DNA of 64,000 bases from an uncultured bacterium (GTDB lineage Bacteria; Verrucomicrobiota; Kiritimatiellia; RFP12; UBA1067), in assembly GCA_942493055.1 (NCBI GenBank), contig OW818680.1, positions 4,544,174 through 4,608,173 of the forward strand. Direction: 5' to 3'. A model generated the notes under the pieces. The model ran no database searches. It worked only from the letters and a program-made list of their open reading frames with translations, and was not told the origin of the DNA. Each line of letters opens with the position of its first letter. Positions within the stretch are counted from its first letter, which is position 1. Position numbers and translations under genes: made by a program. Shown piece after piece: positions 9,397 to 19,431 of this stretch.

Positions 9397-10581
9397 ATGA
9401 AGAAGAGCACACACATCCTCACAGCGTTTAGCGTTCTTACTGCAGCGTTGGCTGTTCTGGCTGCAGAGGAGAAGCCCGCTGCAAAGCCGGCGTCAGCCAT
9501 TGAGCCTGGCGCACCCGTCTCCGCACCAGAGATCAAAGCCTACTGCCTTGATTTCAACTGGGCGGCGACAGGCCGTAAGCGCAAGCCCTTTGCAACGCCG
9601 GGGAATTGGGCCAGCGCTGATCCCGCCAAGCACGTGGCCTGGTACAAGGCGATGGGCGCGAATGTCATCCAGACCTTCTGCATCTCCTGCAACGGTTACG
9701 CCTGGTACAAGAACGGTTTCGTTCCAGAGCAGCCGAAACTCAAGTACGACTTTCTGCCCGAGGTGGTGAAGCTCGGCCACAAGGAGGGCATGCTGGTCTT
9801 CGGCTACTTCTGTATCGCCTCCAATCCAAAATGGGGAACCGACCATCCCGACCTCAGCTACGGCACGCCCACCACCTATCACATCCCGTACACGGACGAG
9901 TATCTGGCCTACCTCTCGTCCTCGATCAGTGATGCGGTCAAGAAGACCGGCATTGACGGCTTCATGATCGACTGGGTCTGGATGCCGAATCGCGCCTCCA
10001 CCACAAACCAATGGCTGGCGTGCGAGAAGAAGCTCTACACGCAGCTCATGAGCGAGCCATTCCCAGGCGAAGACAAATTGACAAAGGAGCAGGATCTCGC
10101 CTACAGCCGCAAGGCCATTGACCGCTGCTGGAAGGCCATCCGCAAAGCTGCCAAGGAGGCCAATCCCAACTGCATCATCTGGCTGACGAGCAACAACACA
10201 ACCCATCCGCATGTCGTGAATTCAGACATGTACAAGGAGTCTGACTGGCTGATGAACGAGTCCGGTGACAAGAAGCGCGTCGATGCTGTCAGGAGCATGG
10301 TGGGGCCGCACACGCGCCTCATCACCTGTCTGGCACGCTGGAATGGGCAGGACGCCACCCAGGTTGTGCCTGAGGCGCTCCAGGCGGGCATCGGGCTCTA
10401 CGGCTTCACCGTGCCGCGCACAGGCGATGGCCTTGTGCCGCTCGACCCAATCCTGTCGCGTCCGGTGAGCGAGTTAAAGGGCGACGACCGCAACATCGCC
10501 GTGCTGGCGCGCGCGTATCATGGCGCTTCGATTGAATCTGTCCGGAATGACAAGGGCGAGTATGTCGAGCCCGTGAAATAG
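9397..10581 (+). CDS. Secreted TIM-barrel glycoside-hydrolase-like protein (family not determined)
   Basis: Start at ATG 9397 (MKKSTHILTAFSVLTAALAVLA signal; RBS gcaggagag). 'GANVIQTFCISCNGYAWY', 'MLVFGYFCIASNP' and 'GIDGFMIDWVWMP' resemble beta/alpha-barrel hydrolase strands. Function is inference. Confidence 0.35.
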   Translation: MKKSTHILTAFSVLTAALAVLAAEEKPAAKPASAIEPGAPVSAPEIKAYCLDFNWAATGRKRKPFATPGNWASADPAKHVAWYKAMGANVIQTFCISCNGYAWYKNGFVPEQPKLKYDFLPEVVKLGHKEGMLVFGYFCIASNPKWGTDHPDLSYGTPTTYHIPYTDEYLAYLSSSISDAVKKTGIDGFMIDWVWMPNRASTTNQWLACEKKLYTQLMSEPFPGEDKLTKEQDLAYSRKAIDRCWKAIRKAAKEANPNCIIWLTSNNTTHPHVVNSDMYKESDWLMNESGDKKRVDAVRSMVGPHTRLITCLARWNGQDATQVVPEALQAGIGLYGFTVPRTGDGLVPLDPILSRPVSELKGDDRNIAVLARAYHGASIESVRNDKGEYVEPVK

Positions 10582-10603
10582 GGAGCGCGGGCAGGGAGGA
10601 TTC

Positions 10604-13600
10604 GTGAGCATGAATGAGGGGATAAATTTCAGAAATGTGCGGGGCCTTGCGCTGGCCCTCTGCATGCTCTGGAGTGGCTCGACCGTTCACGCCGCAACCA
10701 CACTGCCAGGCGGCATGCAAGCGCCCACCCTCTGGCTGGATGCGGCGCAACTCACAGGCCTGACCAACGGCGCCACAGTGACTGCGTGGACTGACCTGTC
10801 GGGCAACAACAACCACGCCACCCTGGATCAGGGAACACCCACGTACCAGGTACGCGTGATCAACGGCAAGCCCGTGGTGCGCTTCCCTGCTGCTCAAGCC
10901 TCCTTCAATTTTTCGCGCATCGAAAATATACGGACTGTCTTCTGGGTGGTCAAAGAGGGCGTGAGCCCATCAGATCTGTCCTTTCTTCTGGGGGACACCG
11001 ACTCGTACGATTTTCATCGAGGGGATAACGGCAACCTGTGGAGCGCACAGAACACACATGCGTCTGTCCTGAAGGGAACAACACGGCTGATGGGCGCGCA
11101 GGTGAATGGCACAGCAACCGCGCTGCCAGAGGGGGAGTTCCAGTTGATCACGCTGGTCACAGCCGACACGGTGCAGGCGAATACGATCTCCGCGGATCGC
11201 AGTCACGGGCGCACATGGGTAGGGGACATCGCCGAGGTCTTAATCTACTCGCATGCGTTGACAACGGAAGAGCAAAACAGCGTCGGACAATACCTCGCGA
11301 CCAAGTATGGCTTGGTGACACATTATACGCCGGCGACGATTCTTAGCTTCGGGACCAACGTGGTTGGTAGCCGTGCTGTCATCGGCTTGCCAGTGGGTGG
11401 CAAGGCCGCCATCGAATGGACCGTGCCCTTCGAGACAGTCCTGACGAGCCTCGCACCAGTCTTCTTGCTCTCTTCCGGGACGTGCACTCGAAAAAGCGGC
11501 TGTGTCCCCAGTCCGAACTTCACTGCCGGGCCAATGCCCTATACCGTCATGGCTGGCGGCATCACCAATGTCTATGTTGTGACAGTCACTAAAGCACCGC
11601 CGAGCACGGCCTGTGACGTGACGTCATTCAATGCTAACTTCGTAGGAAGCCGTTCCTCCATCTTCGCCATGAGCGACACTGCGGGCAAGGTGGTCGTGAA
11701 TGTTCCCGTGGGCACGACAGAGGGGCAATTGGCGGGCCTCACGCCCACACTCACGCTTTCTCGTTTGGCCACCTGCACGCTCCCCAGTCCAGCCTTAAAA
11801 TTCGACGCGCCGATGCATTACATCGCCAGGGCGCAGGATGGCAGGAGTGCCAAGGACTATGCAGTGACCGTGACGACCAACGGGTCAGCCTGCCGCCTGT
11901 TCGTCGTGAAAACAACGACCAATGGCTTGACGGCTGCCGACTACGACTACTTGAGTCTGATTCCCGTGTCAAAACACGTCAACAACGGGGTGCCCGCTCT
12001 CTTCACCGTCGCTTCTACGAATGACTTCGCCACCAATGTCTATCTGCAGGACTATCTGCGCCGATACCACCCGACGCTGATCAATACCATCAATTTCACT
12101 GCAACGATCCCGAATGTCGCGAGTAGCCCAATCACGTCGCGTGGAAGCGTTGAACTGTCTGTCTATATGGCCACAAACAACTGGGCGTCTTCTAAAGATG
12201 TGGTGCTCGTAAGCGACGCGATCAACAGCAAGAACTATCCGAATGTGCTGCAGGCCTCGGCCTTGGCCTCCGCCCTGGATGCGCCCCTGATCTATTATAA
12301 TTCCAATGCAACAAAGCAAGCGCTGATTCAAAAGGCCGTCGCCACACTGGGTGCAAGAGAGGTGATCTATGTCAATGCCGAAAGGACCAAGCCCGCCTTG
12401 ACCACGCTCGTGCTGTCGAACCCGGAGACGATTGTGAAGTATCTGGCCGGAAAAAATATCAAGGTGGATTATTTCGCCGCGACGAATCCGAAGGATCTGA
12501 AGCTGCTCTCTGGCTCCAAGCTCTCCCTGGTCGCTCCCTTTATTGCCGCGAGACGGAACGGGATCGTTGTTCCAATCACCTCCTATGCGCCCAACACAAA
12601 AGAGCTTTTCCACTACACAGGGTATGAGCCTATCAGCAACGAGCTTCGGCAGCTGTATCAAGCCCTTGGCAGATACCCTGATTATCTGGCGTTGGTGGGG
12701 AACACGGCCAGCATTCCTTTCAGTTACAGTGCACCCAATGAAGTAGCAGGCTCTCTCGAGAACGCACCGACTGATTTGGACTATGCGGAAGCTGATGAGG
12801 ACCGATTTCCTGACATCGCCATCGGACGGATCATGGCCTACAACATCTTTGACGCCACGTTGTATGCCTGCAGGATTTCAACCTACGAGGAGCTGTTTGA
12901 CGGAGTCTGGGAAAGGGACCTTTTAGGCAGGGGCAAGGACCCCATGTTCAGTAATTATGGTTTTGAGTTCAAGGAGTTTTTGTACAGGGACGTGACGCGG
13001 AACAAACCTTTCGACGCCGCCATTTATTTGCATGGTGAGCACTCGGCCCAGTCACTCCTTGGCGGGTCTTTTGATACGGGTTCGCGTCATGTGCTCGCTC
13101 CCATGGTCATCCACTCGACCGGCTGTGCCGCGGCCGCCATTGATTTTGAAACAGTCAATGATGGCGTCCAGCCTCCTGTGATGGGCGCCGGCGAGTTGAT
13201 TGTGGTCAACACCTTAGTCAGACTGGGTGCTGTGGCTTTTCTTGGAAGTCCCCGGCTCTGTTGCGGCAATGAGGCGGCTATGAGAGGGGAGTTCCAAGCT
13301 GCGATGCTCAAGGGGGAGCCTCTCGGACGTTGCTACTTGAAGGGCGTGACAGCGAACTCGTTGAATCCGGACGATGCCTGGCGTATGGACCTTCGACGGA
13401 ACTGGATCTTGCTGGGCGACCCCGCGTTCAAGCTCAATATTCCGGCGGCTCCAAGAGTCGCGCCCCCGAGCTGCGTGGTGACACATGAGACTCCCACCAC
13501 GGATATTCTGACCGTGAACGCCGCGGCTTTTTCAGACTTCTTCAAGTGGCAAATTCTCCCCGAGCATGTCCAGGAATGGGGCATCACCATCCCGCTTTAT

Positions 13601-13897
13601 ATGGTGAACATGCCAGGGCTCTATTTCTGGGATTGGGGCGGGCAGGAGGGGCCCAACAGGCTCGCGTATATGGTACGGCATACAACGACGCGGCGGGTCG
13701 CGCGTGTGGAGCAGATGGGTTCCTGTCCGGCCAATCTCGGCATGGACACCGAGTGGGGAAGCGGCTGGGCTGTGAATGCCCACCAAGATTCAACGACGGA
13801 TGTCTTGTGGCATCTTCGCTTGATTGACTTTGACTGGAAAGCCGGAGCCGTGGTCAATCAGGTCACCAACATCAGCTTCAGGATTACCTACTTCTAG
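10604..13897 (+). CDS. Giant secreted protein: N-terminal LamG/concanavalin-like lectin domain + peptidase C25 (gingipain-like) cysteine protease domain
   Basis: Signal peptide. LamG-like 'LWLDAAQLTGLTNGATVTAWTDLSGNNNHAT...VGDIAEVLIYSHALTTEEQNSVGQYLATKYGL'. C25 hallmarks 'YLALVGNTASIPF', 'FPDIAIGRI', catalytic-His context 'LHGEHS', catalytic-Cys context 'MVIHSTGCAAAAID', 'WILLGDPAFKL'. Confidence 0.6.
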   Translation: MSMNEGINFRNVRGLALALCMLWSGSTVHAATTLPGGMQAPTLWLDAAQLTGLTNGATVTAWTDLSGNNNHATLDQGTPTYQVRVINGKPVVRFPAAQASFNFSRIENIRTVFWVVKEGVSPSDLSFLLGDTDSYDFHRGDNGNLWSAQNTHASVLKGTTRLMGAQVNGTATALPEGEFQLITLVTADTVQANTISADRSHGRTWVGDIAEVLIYSHALTTEEQNSVGQYLATKYGLVTHYTPATILSFGTNVVGSRAVIGLPVGGKAAIEWTVPFETVLTSLAPVFLLSSGTCTRKSGCVPSPNFTAGPMPYTVMAGGITNVYVVTVTKAPPSTACDVTSFNANFVGSRSSIFAMSDTAGKVVVNVPVGTTEGQLAGLTPTLTLSRLATCTLPSPALKFDAPMHYIARAQDGRSAKDYAVTVTTNGSACRLFVVKTTTNGLTAADYDYLSLIPVSKHVNNGVPALFTVASTNDFATNVYLQDYLRRYHPTLINTINFTATIPNVASSPITSRGSVELSVYMATNNWASSKDVVLVSDAINSKNYPNVLQASALASALDAPLIYYNSNATKQALIQKAVATLGAREVIYVNAERTKPALTTLVLSNPETIVKYLAGKNIKVDYFAATNPKDLKLLSGSKLSLVAPFIAARRNGIVVPITSYAPNTKELFHYTGYEPISNELRQLYQALGRYPDYLALVGNTASIPFSYSAPNEVAGSLENAPTDLDYAEADEDRFPDIAIGRIMAYNIFDATLYACRISTYEELFDGVWERDLLGRGKDPMFSNYGFEFKEFLYRDVTRNKPFDAAIYLHGEHSAQSLLGGSFDTGSRHVLAPMVIHSTGCAAAAIDFETVNDGVQPPVMGAGELIVVNTLVRLGAVAFLGSPRLCCGNEAAMRGEFQAAMLKGEPLGRCYLKGVTANSLNPDDAWRMDLRRNWILLGDPAFKLNIPAAPRVAPPSCVVTHETPTTDILTVNAAAFSDFFKWQILPEHVQEWGITIPLYMVNMPGLYFWDWGGQEGPNRLAYMVRHTTTRRVARVEQMGSCPANLGMDTEWGSGWAVNAHQDSTTDVLWHLRLIDFDWKAGAVVNQVTNISFRITYF

Positions 13898-14075
13898 TTT
13901 TGTCCACGAAACACACTAAAATAGATTAGATGGCGAGAACTTTTTGGAGTGCGGTGACAAGCAGAGACGGAAGGCGAGCGCGGCACCGCTTTATTTTGCC
14001 TTCAACTTTTTTTTGACAGGATTAAAAGGATTTTGAGGATTTGAATGCAAAACAGCAGTCCTGTAAATTCAAAAG

Positions 14076-14269
14076 GGAATGCTGGAATAGTGGAAGGATG
14101 TTCCTGGAGGGACGTGCTCTGTCACGACCGCCGCTGGAATCGGCCACGACAGAGCGTGGCCCTCCATTGAGTTGGGAGGGGCACGCGCCTGCGTGCCTGT
14201 GGCGCAGAGGCCTGCGCCGCTCCCAAGAGAGGGCTTCTTCCAATATTCCACCAATCCATTATTCCTTCC
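14076..14269. repeat. GGAAT-armed inverted-repeat element (copy B)
   Basis: Arms gggaatgctggaatagtggaaggatg / cttcttccaatattccaccaatccattattccttcc. Core ggagggacgtgctctgtcacgacc...cacgacagagcgtggccctcc is shared with copy C. Confidence 0.55.
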
Positions 14270-14392
14270 CCCATTCTTTGTCACCTCTTTTGTCACCTAT
14301 CAGAAGTGTTGCTTTTTAAAACCACACCTGCGATACTACTACAGTCAATTAAAAAAATTCGATCACTGACCACCTGAGGGGGAAATAGCGCT

Positions 14393-15487
14393 ATGAAGAG
14401 CACGAAAACATTTGGGGCCATCTGCCTGTTAGCCGGATGGGTGATTGCTGCCTCCGGAGCAGGGGCTGCCGAACTCAAGAAGCCGCTCAAGGTCTATATC
14501 CTGGCCGGGCAGTCCAACATGGAGGGCCACGCCGCTGTCCGCACATTCGATCATATCGGCATGGACCCGGCGACGGCGCCCATGCTCAAGGAGATGCGCA
14601 ATGCAGACGGGACAACGCGCGTGTGCGACAAGGTATGGATCTCCTACTTGACCGGGGGCAAAGAGGGCAACATTGTGAGGCAGGGGCAGTTGACCGCTGA
14701 GTTCGGCTCTCAGGGGAAAGAGCCCAAGATCGGCCCTGAGTTCACCTTCGGCATCTATCTGCAGAAGCAGCTCAACGAACCGATCCTGTTGATCAAGACC
14801 GCCTGGGGCGGGAAGAGTTTGTACGGGGACTTCCTTCCGCCCAGCGGCGCAAAGAAGAGCGGCAAGGAGACAGGCGAATACTATCGATTGATGGTCGAGC
14901 ATGTAAAGAGCGTGCTCAAGGACATCAAGAAGGTTTATCCGGGCTATGATCCCGACCAGAAATACGAGCTCGCGGGCTTTGTCTGGTTCCAGGGCTGGAA
15001 TGACATGGTGAACGGGGGCGTCTACCCGAATCGCGAAAAGCCCGGCGGTTATGATCTCTACAGCGAGCTGCTCGCAGCGCTCATCCGCGATGTGCGCAAG
15101 GACCTTGATGCCCCGAAGATGCATGTCGTGATCGGCGTGATGGGCGTCGGAGGACCCACAGCTCTGTATAGCTCTCCACGATACAAAGGCGTGCATCAGC
15201 ATTTCCGTGACGCCATGGCCGCGCCTGCATCCCTGCCGGAGTTCAAGGGGAATGTCACGGCGGTCTTGACAGAGAAGTATTGGGACAGCGAATTGGCCGG
15301 CATTGACGAGCGGATGGGGAGCAAGGCCGATAAGGAGAAAGTCACCGAGCGCGAGCTCGAAATACTGAAGAAGGGCAAATCCAATCAGGGCTATCACTAC
15401 CTGGGATCCTCCAAGATCCTCGGACAGATCGGCAAGGCCTTTGCCGAAGCCATGGCTGAAGCAACACAAAAAGAGGATAAAAAATGA
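14393..15487 (+). CDS. SASA-family (GQSNM) SGNH carbohydrate esterase, secreted
   Basis: Signal peptide MKSTKTFGAICLLAGWVIAASGAGA. 'KVYILAGQSNMEGHA'. 'QGYHYLGSSK' near C-terminus. Stop overlaps next start (ATGA at 15484-15487), so translationally coupled. Confidence 0.65.
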   Translation: MKSTKTFGAICLLAGWVIAASGAGAAELKKPLKVYILAGQSNMEGHAAVRTFDHIGMDPATAPMLKEMRNADGTTRVCDKVWISYLTGGKEGNIVRQGQLTAEFGSQGKEPKIGPEFTFGIYLQKQLNEPILLIKTAWGGKSLYGDFLPPSGAKKSGKETGEYYRLMVEHVKSVLKDIKKVYPGYDPDQKYELAGFVWFQGWNDMVNGGVYPNREKPGGYDLYSELLAALIRDVRKDLDAPKMHVVIGVMGVGGPTALYSSPRYKGVHQHFRDAMAAPASLPEFKGNVTAVLTEKYWDSELAGIDERMGSKADKEKVTERELEILKKGKSNQGYHYLGSSKILGQIGKAFAEAMAEATQKEDKK

Positions 15488-17919
15488 AGCGCGTTAAATG
15501 GAATTCGAATTTGAGTGTCCTGTTCAGTGGCCTTATGCTCTGTGGCACGGTCCTGAGTGCGAGCGCCGCAGGCAAGGGCAAACAGGAGAAACAGCCGCCG
15601 CCAGATTTCACAAAGGGCGGACAGAAGGATGAGAGTCATGACTGGAACCTCGGGCCGACTGGCGCGCGCGGCTGGCTCTATGGCTGGGCTGGCAACACGG
15701 CAGAAGCGCGGCAGATCCTGGTGACCGCTGTTGACAATGGTTCGCCTGCCGACGGGATTTTAAAAAGCGGCGATGTCATTTTGGGCGTTGGAGAGAAGGG
15801 CTTCTCCGATGACGCCCGCATCCAGTTTGCCAATGCCATCACAGCTGCTGAGCAGGAAAAAAACAGTGGCAAGCTGCGGCTGATCCGTTGGCGTGATGGC
15901 AAGGCTGAGCAGGTCGAGCTGAAGCTGACGGTCATGGGCGCTTACAGCGATAGTGCTCCGTATGACTGTGCGAAATCGAAGAAGATTTTCGACCTCGGTT
16001 GCCAAGCCATCGCGAAAAAAGGGTTGGGCGCTGTCTCGATCCCGAACGACCTCAATGCACTCGCCCTTCTGGCCTCTGGCAAGCAGGAGTACAGGCCGAT
16101 GCTTGCTGAGTACGCCAAGAAGGCTGCGGTCTACGAGACCGACAGCATGGCCACGTGGTTCTACGGGTACGCCAATATTTTTCTGGCTGAGTATGTCATC
16201 GCCACGGGCGACACGTCTGTGCTCGAGGGCGTCAAGCGTCTGGCACTCGAGGCGGCCAAGGGCCAAGGGGCGATGGGACTCTGGGGACACAAGTTCGCCC
16301 GCCCGGACGGCAACCTCAACGGCTACGGCGCAATGAACCAGCCCGGGCTCAGCCTCTCCGTCTCCATGGCGCTGGCCCGTCAGGCTGGCGTGAAAGATCC
16401 TGAACTCAACCGCGCGATTGACAAGTCTGCAAACTTCCTGCGCTGGTTCGTCAACAAGGGCGCCATCCCTTACGGCGACCATCAGCCCTGGCCCGGCCAC
16501 GAGGACAACGGAAAGTGTTCCAGTGCAGCGGTCTTCTTTGATCTCGTGGGCGATGCCAAGGCAACGGCCTTCTACGCCAAGATGTCCACAGCCGCTTACG
16601 CTGAACGCGAGCGCGGACACACTGGCAACTTCTTCAACCTGTTATGGGCAATGCCCGGCGTCTCCCGCAGCGGTCCTCTGGGCACAGCCGCTTACATGAA
16701 AGAGCAATCCTGGTTCTATGACCTGGCCCGGAAGTGGGATGGAAGTTTTGGTTATCAGGGGTCGCCAGTCGGAGAGGAAGAGCATGGCAAGTATACGAGT
16801 TGGGACTCCACAGGCGCCTATCTGCTGGCCTATGCATTGCCGCTGAAGAGCCTCTATCTGACAGGCAAGCGTCTGTGTGTGGCACCTGCCTTGACCGCCA
16901 AAGAGACAGCCGAGGTCATTGCTGCGGGACGCGACTACAACCACGCCCTGGCCCGGGAGGGTTACGTCGGGCGCACGCCAGACCAGTTGCTGGCCGGCCT
17001 CTCGAACTGGTCGCCTGCGGTGCGCAAGCGTTCAGCCCAGGGCTTGACTCGGTGTGAGGGCGACTTTGTGCCCGCGCTGCTCAAACTGCTGGCCAGTGCA
17101 ACCCCGGAGGCCCGTTACGGGGCGTGTGAGGCGCTTGGCTTTCTCGGTCCGAAGGCCGATGCCGCTGCCCCCCAGTTACGCGCGCTGCTCAAGGACGCTG
17201 ATCCGTGGCTGCAGAGCCTGGCCTGCGTGGCACTGGCGGAGCTGGGCCCTGAAGCCCGCAAAGCCAGCGTAGATGATCTCTTGCGCATGACTGTGACGCC
17301 GAACCCGGCGGACCCGAGGCGCACGGCCCAGCGCGCGGCTTGCGTAGCGTTGTTCCAGCCCTTCCCTGGCAGTCGCATCCCGCGCACCAGCATCTTGGCC
17401 GACTCCCTGGTCGGTGTCGACACAGCGTTGCTCTATCCGGCCATGCTGTCGGTGTTGGAGAATGAGGACAGCGTTGCCCGCGGCTCCCTCAGCCGTATCT
17501 ACGGCAAGCTGCCGGAGCGCGACATCGCCATACTCCTGCCCTCCATCATCAAGGCGACGCAGAAGCTGGCGCCCAGCAACGAGATGTTCGCCGACGGCAT
17601 CCGCCTCGCAGGGCTCGACCTGCTCTCCAAGTACCACATCACCGAGGGCATGCAGTTGTGCTTGGAGGTCCTCGAGCCTGACCGTTGGGGCGCTGGACGC
17701 CGTTTTGAACCCTGCCTGAACAGCCTGAAGCGGTACGGCGGAAACGCGCGCCATCTGGTGCCTGCGCTTCAGAAGATGCGCGACGCCCTCGGCAAACCCA
17801 AGAAGAAGGGCGAAGAAGATCCCAACGCACTTGCACTCGACAAAGCCATCGCCGCCATCCAAGCCGACACCAATCCGCCGAAACTGCAAACCGCCGCCGA
17901 GTTCATGAAGAAAAAGTAA
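15484..17919 (+). CDS. Secreted protein with PDZ-like domain, alpha/alpha-toroid-like middle and C-terminal HEAT repeats
   Basis: Signal peptide. PDZ-like 'ILVTAVDNGSPADGILKSGDVILGVGEKGF'. HEAT-like 'ARYGACEALGFLGPKADAAAPQLRALLKDADPWLQSLACVALAELGPEA'. 4-nt overlap with upstream esterase suggests an operon. Confidence 0.4.
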   Translation: MKRVKWNSNLSVLFSGLMLCGTVLSASAAGKGKQEKQPPPDFTKGGQKDESHDWNLGPTGARGWLYGWAGNTAEARQILVTAVDNGSPADGILKSGDVILGVGEKGFSDDARIQFANAITAAEQEKNSGKLRLIRWRDGKAEQVELKLTVMGAYSDSAPYDCAKSKKIFDLGCQAIAKKGLGAVSIPNDLNALALLASGKQEYRPMLAEYAKKAAVYETDSMATWFYGYANIFLAEYVIATGDTSVLEGVKRLALEAAKGQGAMGLWGHKFARPDGNLNGYGAMNQPGLSLSVSMALARQAGVKDPELNRAIDKSANFLRWFVNKGAIPYGDHQPWPGHEDNGKCSSAAVFFDLVGDAKATAFYAKMSTAAYAERERGHTGNFFNLLWAMPGVSRSGPLGTAAYMKEQSWFYDLARKWDGSFGYQGSPVGEEEHGKYTSWDSTGAYLLAYALPLKSLYLTGKRLCVAPALTAKETAEVIAAGRDYNHALAREGYVGRTPDQLLAGLSNWSPAVRKRSAQGLTRCEGDFVPALLKLLASATPEARYGACEALGFLGPKADAAAPQLRALLKDADPWLQSLACVALAELGPEARKASVDDLLRMTVTPNPADPRRTAQRAACVALFQPFPGSRIPRTSILADSLVGVDTALLYPAMLSVLENEDSVARGSLSRIYGKLPERDIAILLPSIIKATQKLAPSNEMFADGIRLAGLDLLSKYHITEGMQLCLEVLEPDRWGAGRRFEPCLNSLKRYGGNARHLVPALQKMRDALGKPKKKGEEDPNALALDKAIAAIQADTNPPKLQTAAEFMKKK

Positions 17920-18008
17920 GCCCGCCGCTCGGGGCGGCGCAGTAGCAGTGGGCAGTAGCAGTAGGCAGTGAAGTGCCCCGGGAATAAACCAAGGGGTAAC
18001 TTTGAAGA

Positions 18009-18155
18009 GGAATAATGGAATGTCAGAATACTGAGCAGATACCCTTTGGAGGGACGCGCTCTGTCGCGTCCGGCCACGACAAAGCGTGGCCCTCCAGAGC
18101 CGATATTTCCCATCATTTCAACATTCCCATATTCCAACATTCCATTGAAGTTACA
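18009..18155. repeat. GGAAT-armed inverted-repeat element (copy C)
   Basis: Arms ggaataatggaatgtcagaatactgagcag / tttcccatcatttcaacattcccatattccaacattccattg. Core ggagggacgcgctctgtcgcgtccggccacgacaaagcgtggccctcc. Confidence 0.55.
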
Positions 18156-18169
18156 GGCAAGTTGGGAAT

Positions 18170-18375
18170 GAGAGGCAAGCATTCGAATGCCACGAACCCC
18201 ACTGCGCTCGGCGAGACGCCCACGCTCCTTTCTCACAGCCAGGCAAAGGAGAACGGACTTTCCTGTCCGTTGCTCCACGGGTTGGAAAACCCGTGCCCCT
18301 TTGACAAGGACGCGCGCGTCCGCCACTGGGAGCATAGGCATCTTGCCTGTGCACACAACGAAGACATCAAGAAAC
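18170..18375. repeat. Composite mosaic intergenic repeat (family D, copy 1)
   Basis: Blocks 'aaggagaacggactttcctgtccgttgctccacgggttggaaaacccgtgcccc' and 'gggagcataggcatcttgcctgtgcac' recur, partly reverse-complemented, at 54766-55140 and 59050-59400. Confidence 0.45.
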
Positions 18376-18378
18376 TGA

Positions 18379-19431
18379 TTAATCTTTTTTAAACTTGAGT
18401 GGCACGGACAGCACAGAATTGCTGGTGCCTGTTGGAACGTTTGCTGAAGAGACTCCTATTATCTTTGAGGCTTCAGATGGGGAATGCTGTAAGGCGGCGA
18501 CGGGTGTAGTCGCTCTATTGGCCATGCATGACTGACAGACAGGCGCGTCTTTGCCTCGAGACAAAATCACATGTCCAACCGATAAGCCTCCAGAGACGCA
18601 GGCTACAATGAAAAAGATAATCATGTACCAATAAGCGGTCTGTTTATCAGTGTCCGTGGTGGATTTATATTTTTTAGCCTCTAAAATTTTCCATTCAGCA
18701 TCAAATAGTTGGGCAGGCAAGTGTTTCTCAAGCGCCGCTACGACTTTCGATTTTGCTCGGCTTAATGTGCCATACGAAATGATCGTTCGTCGCCAGTTGA
18801 AGCTGAGCGCTAAGCCCAGCAGTGCCAGAAGCGTTGCTACGGCTGTCGCATTTACAATTCCCGTCTTGTCGATGGACGAGATAGCGACTCCGGTACCCGC
18901 CAATAAAGCAGCTATGGCTGTCACATAAAGGGTGTTGACCTGCTGCCGTCTTGAAATGAGCGATTCCCAGCTTTTGACCATAACGTCATATTGCTTCCAT
19001 ATCATGTCGAGATCCTGCGTCTGGTCTTTTGAAAACAGAGCGCGTTCCAAAAGCATTTCAGCAATTCGGCCGGCAAGCTCTGAAGATTCCCATCCGATGG
19101 GCGAGAGTTTTGCATCCAGACATGCCGGGGGTTCCTTATAATCACGAGCCATACGTGCAACGAGGATGGGTTTGCCCAATCTGCAAGACTCAAGGATCTC
19201 CCAGTTGACCGGTGCACTACAATGTGTTTCTGGACCCACAAGACAGACCACAGCATCACAGGTTGCCAAGACTTTTGTCGCCTCTTCCTTCCAGTTTTCA
19301 GATGACGGAACTTGCTTTGACCCATCTATGAAAGGCATATTCGGTAGAAGGTCTCGTAGTTCAGCCAGTAAAGCATTGACGCGCTTCTGATCAGCATTCC
19401 GATTACTAAAGAAAATATTAAACTCTTGCAT
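18379..19431 (-). CDS. TIR-like (DUF1863/MTH538-type) domain protein with two C-terminal transmembrane helices
   Basis: N-terminus 'FNIFFSNRNADQKRVNALLAELRDLL...ATCDAVVCLVGPETHCSAPVNWEILESCRLGKPILVARM' fits the TIR-like/nucleoside-2-deoxyribosyltransferase-like fold. C-terminal hydrophobic helices LYVTAIAALLAGTGVAISSI and YWYMIIFFIVACVSGGLSVGHVIL. Low-GC gene flanked by repeats. Confidence 0.4.
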   Translation of the reverse strand: MQEFNIFFSNRNADQKRVNALLAELRDLLPNMPFIDGSKQVPSSENWKEEATKVLATCDAVVCLVGPETHCSAPVNWEILESCRLGKPILVARMARDYKEPPACLDAKLSPIGWESSELAGRIAEMLLERALFSKDQTQDLDMIWKQYDVMVKSWESLISRRQQVNTLYVTAIAALLAGTGVAISSIDKTGIVNATAVATLLALLGLALSFNWRRTIISYGTLSRAKSKVVAALEKHLPAQLFDAEWKILEAKKYKSTTDTDKQTAYWYMIIFFIVACVSGGLSVGHVILSRGKDAPVCQSCMANRATTPVAALQHSPSEASKIIGVSSANVPTGTSNSVLSVPLKFKKD

